A DNA stretch of 64,000 nucleotides from assembly GCA_963755445.1 (NCBI GenBank), contig CAVWJQ010000010.1, positions 118,720-182,719 on the forward strand, read 5' to 3'. The notes beneath the pieces are model-generated. The model searched no databases and was not told the DNA's origin. It saw nothing but the letters and a program-made list of their open reading frames with translations. Shown here piece by piece: positions 58,265-64,000 of this stretch; the stretch's first letter is position 1, and each line of letters begins with the position of its first letter. Source of the DNA: an uncultured Acidimicrobiaceae bacterium. GTDB lineage: Bacteria > Actinomycetota > Acidimicrobiia > Acidimicrobiales > RAAP-2. The translations under genes and the position numbers were made by a program.

Positions 58265-58298
58265 AAATCTGCAGTCCCAGTTGTCCGACAGTAGAGAT

Positions 58299-60890
58299 AT
58301 GCCATGGCGAGACAAGCGGCGCGAACGAGCGCGCCGGCGCAGCGGTGACGACGCAGGGGTGACGGACGGATCGACGCAAGAATCCAGCGGCCTCGGAGCG
58401 GCGCCGGGCGAGGCCCCTCCGACCTTGGAGGACGTGGCTTCACTCGCCGGCGCCATGCTGAAGCTTCCCGACAGCGTCGTCATCGTCGACGAGAACGGCA
58501 ACATCGCGTGGGGCAACTCGTCGGCGCAGCAGCTGTTCGGACGATCGCTGGCCGACACCATCGGGGTGTCCGGGCTGGACCTGGTGCACCCGGACGACCA
58601 CGAGCTCGTGCTCCGCTCGCTCACTTCCATTCAGGACAAGGTCGTCGGCGACCCCATTGAGATCCGCATCCAATCGGCCACCGGGTGGCGCCTGGTCGAG
58701 ATCGTCGGCACTCCTCTTCGCCTCTCCGGCAAGAACCTCGTGTTGCTCTGCCTGCGCGACCTGACCAAGCGCCGGCGTTTCGAGCTGGCCAGCGGTCGTG
58801 AGGCGCGCTTCCGATCGCTGGTGCACAACGTCGGGTCCGTCATCATGCTGGTGTCCGCCACCGGGCTCCTCGAATCCACCTCGGGAGCGATCACCAGGCT
58901 GCTGGGCCATGACCCCGAGCTGATTGAGATGCGCCCGCTGACCGACATCGTCGCCGAGAACGACCGCCGGCCACTCATGACCGCCTTGACCCAGGCGGCG
59001 CGCGGCGCCACCGCCGCCCATCCCGTCACCATCAGGGTCGAGCTCCTCCGCCATGACGGAGAGTCGACCGTGCCCTTCGAGCTGAGCATCGTCGACCTCA
59101 TTGAGGACCCCACGGTCGAGGGCTTCGTGATCTCGGCGCACGACGCCACGGAGCAGCTGGCCGCGGAGCAGCAGCTCAGCGAGACGCTCTCCCTCCTGAC
59201 CGCGACACTCGACTCGACGGCCGACGGCATCCTGGTCGTCGACAACGCCGGGATCATCACCGGCTTCAACCGGCGCTTCTCCGAGATCTGGAGCATCGGA
59301 CAGAACCTCGTCGCCATCGGTGACGATTCCTCGAAGCTCGCGTTCCTCCTCGATCAGCTGCTCAACCCCCAGTCGTTCCTGGCCCGACGCCGCGAGCTCG
59401 CGCAGCAGCCGGAGAACGAGAGCTTCGACACCCTGGAGTTCAAGGACGGGCGCGCACTCGAGTTGACATCGAGGCCGCAGACGGTCGACGGCACCATCGT
59501 CGGGCGGGTCTGGAGCTTCCGCGACGTCACCGACCGCATCCGGCTGGAGGACGAGCTGGAGTACCGGGCCTTTCACGATTCGCTGACGGGACTGGCCAAC
59601 AAGGCGCTGTTCCAGGACCGCCTCGAGCACGCGCTGGCCCGCATCGACCTGACGGGGTCCCACCTGGCCGTGCTCTTCATCGACCTCGACGACTTCAAGA
59701 CGGTGAACGACAGCCTGGGGCACGGGGAGGGGGATCAGCTGCTCAAGCGCGTGGCCGCGGATCTCTCCGACTGCCTGCGGCCGCTCGACACGGCGGCCCG
59801 TCTCGGCGGCGACGAGTTCGCCATCCTGATTGAGGACGTCTCGTCCCAGGAGGACATCACGCAGCTGGCCGGGCGCATCCTCGAATCGCTTCGCTTGGCC
59901 GTTCCCCCGGGAGCCCGGGCCACGGCCTCGGCCGGGAGCATCGGCATCGCCTTCGACGAGCCGGGCATCACCAGCGAGAAGCTGCTGCGCAACGCGGACA
60001 TCGCCATGTACAAGGCGAAGGAGAGCGGCAAGGACCGCTTCGAGGTGTACCGCCAGGAGATGCATGCCGCCGTGCTGGCCCGCATCGAGCAGGAGCGTGA
60101 GCTGCGGGCAGCCATCCACGACGGCGACCTCCTGACGCACTATCAGCCGATCTACGACCTGGGCACGCGGCGCATCATCGGCTTCGAGGCCCTGGTGCGA
60201 TGGGCCCACCCGATCGGAGGCCTGGTCGACCCGCGTCTCTTCGTCCCGCTGGCCGAGGAGCTGGGACTCATCGGCGACATCGACGCCTTCGTCCTCCGGT
60301 CTTCCTGCCTGCAGGCCCGCCAGTGGCAGGAACAAGGCCTCTGGACCCATGGCCTGGTCATGAGCGTGAACCTCTCTCCGGGACAGCTCATGGACCCCGA
60401 CCTGGCCCAACGCATCACGGCCCACGTCGAGGAGTGCCAGTTCGATCCCCGCTCGCTCATTCTGGAGATCACCGAGAGCGCCATGCTGGCCGACAACGAG
60501 ACGACGGTGCGCAACCTGGTCGAACTGCGGTCGACCGGCGTGCGCATCGCGCTCGACGACTTCGGGACCGGCTATTCCTCCATGTCACATCTCGACCGGC
60601 TGCAGGTCGACATCGTCAAGATCGACAAGTCCTTCGTGCAGACGCTCGGGTCAGGCGACGACTCACACAGCCTGGCGGCCGCCATGGTGCAGCTGGCCCA
60701 CACGCTCGGCTACGAGACCATCGGCGAGGGCGTGGAGAACCCGATCCAGGAGGACGCGCTCCGTGCGCTCGGTTGCCGCTTCGCCCAGGGCTATCACCTC
60801 GGTCGCCCGCTGAACGTCGAGTGCACGGACCTGCTGCTGCGGTCGGAGAGCACCCTCGACCCCGTGGCCGGCATCGTCGCGACCGACTGA
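58299..60890 (+). CDS. PAS-PAS-PAS-GGDEF-EAL c-di-GMP signalling protein (cytosolic)
   Basis: Intact 863 aa. Three PAS-like modules. FHDSLTGLANK, RLGGDEFAIL (intact GGDEF), EALVRW, NLSPGQL, EITES, DDFGTGYSS, KIDKSF, EGVE (EAL catalytic set present). Confidence 0.9.
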   Translation: MPWRDKRRERARRRSGDDAGVTDGSTQESSGLGAAPGEAPPTLEDVASLAGAMLKLPDSVVIVDENGNIAWGNSSAQQLFGRSLADTIGVSGLDLVHPDDHELVLRSLTSIQDKVVGDPIEIRIQSATGWRLVEIVGTPLRLSGKNLVLLCLRDLTKRRRFELASGREARFRSLVHNVGSVIMLVSATGLLESTSGAITRLLGHDPELIEMRPLTDIVAENDRRPLMTALTQAARGATAAHPVTIRVELLRHDGESTVPFELSIVDLIEDPTVEGFVISAHDATEQLAAEQQLSETLSLLTATLDSTADGILVVDNAGIITGFNRRFSEIWSIGQNLVAIGDDSSKLAFLLDQLLNPQSFLARRRELAQQPENESFDTLEFKDGRALELTSRPQTVDGTIVGRVWSFRDVTDRIRLEDELEYRAFHDSLTGLANKALFQDRLEHALARIDLTGSHLAVLFIDLDDFKTVNDSLGHGEGDQLLKRVAADLSDCLRPLDTAARLGGDEFAILIEDVSSQEDITQLAGRILESLRLAVPPGARATASAGSIGIAFDEPGITSEKLLRNADIAMYKAKESGKDRFEVYRQEMHAAVLARIEQERELRAAIHDGDLLTHYQPIYDLGTRRIIGFEALVRWAHPIGGLVDPRLFVPLAEELGLIGDIDAFVLRSSCLQARQWQEQGLWTHGLVMSVNLSPGQLMDPDLAQRITAHVEECQFDPRSLILEITESAMLADNETTVRNLVELRSTGVRIALDDFGTGYSSMSHLDRLQVDIVKIDKSFVQTLGSGDDSHSLAAAMVQLAHTLGYETIGEGVENPIQEDALRALGCRFAQGYHLGRPLNVECTDLLLRSESTLDPVAGIVATD

Positions 60891-60897
60891 ACCCGGT

Positions 60898-61828
60898 TCA
60901 GGCGAGCCGGGAGCGCACGTCCGCCGCCAACTCGACCGAGCGGTCCGCCGCATCGGCTCCGAGCTCGGCCGGAACGGGAGACATCGTCCTGATGATGATG
61001 TCGGTGAACCCCAGTTCTCCGAACACGGACAGTTGGTCCGCGACGCTCTCGGGATCGCCGTAGGCCACGGCTCCGCGCTCGAAGCCCCGGTAGCCGCCGG
61101 CAACCAGCGCATCCCCCACCCTCTCCCCTTCGGCCCGGTCCTCGGTGATGAACACGTCCTTGCGAATGGGAACGCGGACCGGGGTGCGGTCGTGACGGGC
61201 GCAGGCCTCGCGGTAGAGGGCGATGTCGCGGGCCGCCGTCTCGGGCGTGAGGTCGGCGTTCCCGTACCAGCAGTCACCCAGCCGGGCGGCACGGTCGATC
61301 GCCTTGGCCACCCCGCCACCGATCCACCATTCGGTCCCTTCCGGCGGAAGCGGAGCGACCCGGGCCCCTTTGACGCTCCAGAGGTCGCTGTCGGCTACCT
61401 CACCCCGCAACAATGCCTGGGCGACGAGGATGCCCTGTTCCAGCCGGGCCGCACGCTGCGCGAGGTCGGCGCCCATGGCCTCGAATTGCGCGGCGCCTCC
61501 ACCGAGCCCGACTTGGACGATGAACGGCCCCGACGACAGGGCGGCCAACGTCCCGATCTGCTCGGCCATCAGCACGGGGTTCCACAGCGGGACGAGAAAC
61601 AGGCAGCCGGCGGGACGCTCCGTCCACTCCGCCAGAAGGCGACCGAGCATCGGGACGTTCTGCACGTACCCGCCCGGACCGGTCGAGTGGTGGTCCCCGA
61701 GCGTCAACGAATCGAGGCCGGCCCGATTGGCCGCCCGCATCTGGCCCAGCACCGACGGCCGGCCCCTCCCGCTGCCCCCGAGGGCCGTTGGTGGAGAACG
61801 CGGTGCCGATGGAGATGCCGATGCGCAT
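60898..61828 (-). CDS. Luciferase-like monooxygenase (LLM) class oxidoreductase, probably F420-dependent (1 frame change near 61760)
   Basis: MRIGISIGTAF .. AANRAGLDSLTLGDHH .. LFLVPLWNPVLMAEQIGTLAALSSG .. WWIGGG .. FGELGFTDIIIR. Confidence 0.75.
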
Positions 61829-61916
61829 GGGGACGGTCTACCCGGTCAGCATCATCGCCACGCTGTCCGGGAGCCGCCTTCCAGAGGAGCCCGCACGATG
61901 GCCCGCACCGGAAGAA

Positions 61917-62105
61917 TCAGCCGGCCAGCCCGGCGTCGGCGCTGATGCGGGCGACCAGGCGCTCGAGCTCGGCCGGAAGGCCGTCGGGAATGTGCTTCGC
62001 GGCCTCCCCATCGTCGCCCACGGCGTCGATGGCCTTGATCAGCCCGCTCATCGCGTGCGTCAGTTCCGCTGCGGCCGTCGTGACGGCCTCCGTCTCCTTG
62101 CTCAT
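61917..62105 (-). CDS. Small acidic helical hypothetical protein (62 aa)
   Basis: MSKETEAVTTAAAELTHAMSGLIKAIDAVGDDGEAAKHIPDGLPAELERLVARISADAGLAG. Codon usage is coding-like. No family recognised. Confidence 0.35.
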   Translation of the reverse strand: MSKETEAVTTAAAELTHAMSGLIKAIDAVGDDGEAAKHIPDGLPAELERLVARISADAGLAG

Positions 62106-62183
62106 GGCACTCCCTTCCTGAAGTCTCACGCACGCTAGCTGGGCCGGGCCGTCCAGCCGCCACCCTGCGTGGGGGCATCGGCC

Positions 62184-63740
62184 TCAGGGGATGACGCTGC
62201 GCGCCGCGGGCGACCGGGGTGCCCCGGTCATGGCCGAGAGGTGGGCCGACGGTCGAGCCGAGAGGGGCTGTGCGATGTCCTCGAGCGACTTCTGCTCGGC
62301 ATCGACGCCGAAGAAGATGGCGACGATGCCGCCGATGGCCATGACCCCGGCGCCGATGAGATACCCGATGAACAGCTTGAAGTGGTCCTGGCCGTTCCCG
62401 ATCAGCTCGCCGTAGAGCCAAGGGCCGAAGGCACCGAAGCTCTGGGCGATGGCGAAGAAGACGGCGATGGCCTTGGCCCGCACCTCGACCGGGAAGATCT
62501 CGCTCACGGTCAGGTAGGCGGCCGATGCGCCGGCGGAGGCGAAGAAGAAGATCACGCACCAGCACGCCGTCTGCGTCACGGCGTTGAGGGCACCGGCGTT
62601 GAACAGGAGCGCACTGATGGCGAGCAGCACGCCGGAGAGGATGTAGGTCCCGGCGATCATCTTCCGGCGCCCGATGGTGTCGAAGAGGTGGCCGATGGTG
62701 AGCGGGCCGATGAGGTTCCCCAGGGCGAAGAAGATGAAGTAGTAGGCCGTGTCGGTCGCCGGGACGTTGTAGATCTTGGTCAGCACCAGCGCATAGGTGA
62801 AGAAGATGGCGTTGTAGAGGAACGACTGGGTGATCATCAGGGTGGCCCCGAGGATGGCCCGCCTCGGGTAGTGGACGAACAGGGTCCGGGCCAGCGCGAT
62901 GAAGCCGATGTCGTTCGCCGGGGTGATCTCAATGGCCTTGGACTCGTCGATCTCTCCGAGGGTGCCGCCCCCGTGCTCGGTTGCCTGTTCGATGCGCTTG
63001 ACGGCCTCCTCCGCCTCCTGTTCGCGCCCGTGCATGAGGAGCCAGCGCGGGCTCTCCGGAAGGTTCTTGCGCACGAAGAGGATGACGAAGCCCAGTGCCG
63101 GCCCGACCAGGAAGGCCACCCGCCAGGAGTAGCTCACCGGAAGGTGGTTCACCACGAAGATGAAGAACATGGTGCCGATCAGCGCGCCACCCCAGTAGGT
63201 CCCGTTGACGGCGATATCCACTCGGCCCCGGAATTTGGCGGGGATGAGCTCGTCGATGGCGGAGTTGATGGCCGCGTATTCGCCGCCGATGCCCATACCG
63301 GCGATGAACCGGGAAGCCCAGACCCAGTAGACCCAGCCTTGCGAGTGCCCGAGGGTGAACGCGGTCATCACGCCACCGAACAGGTACACCCCCAGGGTGA
63401 TCATGAACAGGTTGCGGCGGCCGAACTTGTCCGACATCCGACCGAAGAACAGGGCGCCGACCACCTCACCGAGGAGGTACACCGTGCCGACGGCGAACGC
63501 CACCTCGGAGGACGAGAGGTTCAGCGCCGCCTTCTGGCTGATCAGACCTTCCGCGTTGCTGGCGATCGTGATCTCGAGGCCGTCGAGCACCCACGCCACG
63601 CCGAGCGCGATGACCAGGTGGGTATGGAATCGCGACCAGCCCAGGCGGTCGAGCCGGGCCGGTATCAGGCTCCGGATCATGCCTTCGGGACGGTCGTCCC
63701 CGTTCGTCCTCCCCAGCTCGTCCGTGGTAATCGTCGCCAC
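62184..63740 (-). CDS. MFS transporter, sugar-porter / metabolite:H+ symporter-like
   Basis: Uninterrupted. GRMSDKFGRRNLF (MFS loop 2-3 motif), AGMGIGGEYA, LFDTIGRRKMI. The GTG at 63740 is preceded by GGAGGGG; the ORF-track start at 63800 is an alternative. Confidence 0.85.
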   Translation of the reverse strand: MATITTDELGRTNGDDRPEGMIRSLIPARLDRLGWSRFHTHLVIALGVAWVLDGLEITIASNAEGLISQKAALNLSSSEVAFAVGTVYLLGEVVGALFFGRMSDKFGRRNLFMITLGVYLFGGVMTAFTLGHSQGWVYWVWASRFIAGMGIGGEYAAINSAIDELIPAKFRGRVDIAVNGTYWGGALIGTMFFIFVVNHLPVSYSWRVAFLVGPALGFVILFVRKNLPESPRWLLMHGREQEAEEAVKRIEQATEHGGGTLGEIDESKAIEITPANDIGFIALARTLFVHYPRRAILGATLMITQSFLYNAIFFTYALVLTKIYNVPATDTAYYFIFFALGNLIGPLTIGHLFDTIGRRKMIAGTYILSGVLLAISALLFNAGALNAVTQTACWCVIFFFASAGASAAYLTVSEIFPVEVRAKAIAVFFAIAQSFGAFGPWLYGELIGNGQDHFKLFIGYLIGAGVMAIGGIVAIFFGVDAEQKSLEDIAQPLSARPSAHLSAMTGAPRSPAARSVIP

Positions 63741-63864
63741 GTCCCCTCCCCTCTCTACGGAATCCTCAACACAACCTGAACACTTCGTACCCACGATCAC
63801 GCCGCGTCATGCACCATGCGTTGAGAAGCACATCCGATCGCTTTCCCTTGCCATACTCGTGCGC

Positions 63865-64000
63865 ATGCGCTGGCCTGAAGGATTCCTGTGGGGCACCGGA
63901 GCCTCGTCAACCCAATGCGAGGGCGCCGCTCCCGCCTCGGACTGGTGGGAGTGGGAGCGGTCGGGCCACGCACCGCTCTCGGGCGACGGGAACGGGTTCG
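63865..64000 (+). CDS. GH1 beta-glucosidase, N-terminal 45 aa (runs off the window end)
   Basis: MRWPEGFLWGTGASSTQCEGAAPASDWWEW fits the GH1 N-terminal signature F-x-W-G-x-A-x-S-x-x-Q-x-E-G. Confidence 0.7.
   Translation, partial: MRWPEGFLWGTGASSTQCEGAAPASDWWEWERSGHAPLSGDGNGF

Noticed and set aside
56181-58298. The 1569-aa ORF 56181..60890 as one giant protein
   Set aside because: Only the part from the ATG at 58299 looks like real protein (PAS-GGDEF-EAL). The upstream 700 codons are Arg/Gly/Pro/Asp-rich shadow reading, antisense to the dimethylformamidase-like gene, and run out of frame through the SnoaL gene. This is typical of stop-poor 70 % GC DNA.

Overview
This is a high-GC (about 70 %) chromosomal segment. 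Its gene content points to Actinomycetota: WS/DGAT, an MMPL transporter, a luciferase-like (F420-type) oxidoreductase, a FliA/WhiG-type sigma factor, an SRPBCC-epimerase fusion like mycobacterial Rv2216, and a ValRS with no C-terminal coiled-coil extension. I call about 58 protein-coding genes. I found no rRNA, tRNA, CRISPR array, transposase, integrase or prophage signature.

Gene content in order: a partial kinase-like phosphotransferase, an MFS exporter, a secreted protein, an acyl-CoA dehydrogenase, divergent cysS/valS, a five-gene branched-chain amino-acid ABC importer (livFGMH plus binding protein), and a divergent lipase/WS-DGAT pair. Next come VOC, tsaC-tsaD, fhs, a DUF1269-channel pair and glutamate decarboxylase. 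A regulatory block follows (FliA/WhiG sigma, two tandem orphan OmpR-type response regulators, a large LuxR/LAL regulator). After it come a GDT1 cation transporter, SDR, SRPBCC-YfcH, an enoyl-CoA hydratase, a tandem-repeat Cys-rich lipoprotein, an ArsC-family protein and a CrtI-like oxidoreductase. Then a csoR-permease(TRASH) copper module, an epimerase, MMPL, a hydrolase and an adenine/adenosine deaminase. Then two TetR-DHA2 efflux modules, a pirin/zf-UBP/msrA/msrB cluster, hydantoinase B/A, a dimethylformamidase-like protein, SnoaL, a PAS-GGDEF-EAL protein, an LLM oxidoreductase, an MFS sugar-porter-like protein and the start of a GH1 beta-glucosidase.

Technical caveat: I needed roughly 70 single-nucleotide frame changes to reconstruct otherwise well-conserved proteins, including cysS, valS and tsaD. 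Many genes below are therefore stitched from 2-7 ORF-track fragments. I treat these as consensus indel errors, not real pseudogenes, and gene ends are approximate where noted.

Most interesting observations:
- An array of 11-bp-phased GCAACC/GGTTGC repeats lies between the sigma factor and the response regulators. An 11-bp-spaced pair of the same hexamer sits just upstream of the PAS-GGDEF-EAL gene.
- A CsoR repressor with a textbook-like operator controls a permease fused to a TRASH/YHS metal-binding domain instead of a P-type ATPase.
- An internally duplicated Cys-rich lipoprotein.
- A hydantoinase/DMFase-like/SnoaL cluster.

Everything is inferred by eye from the translations. No database search was run.
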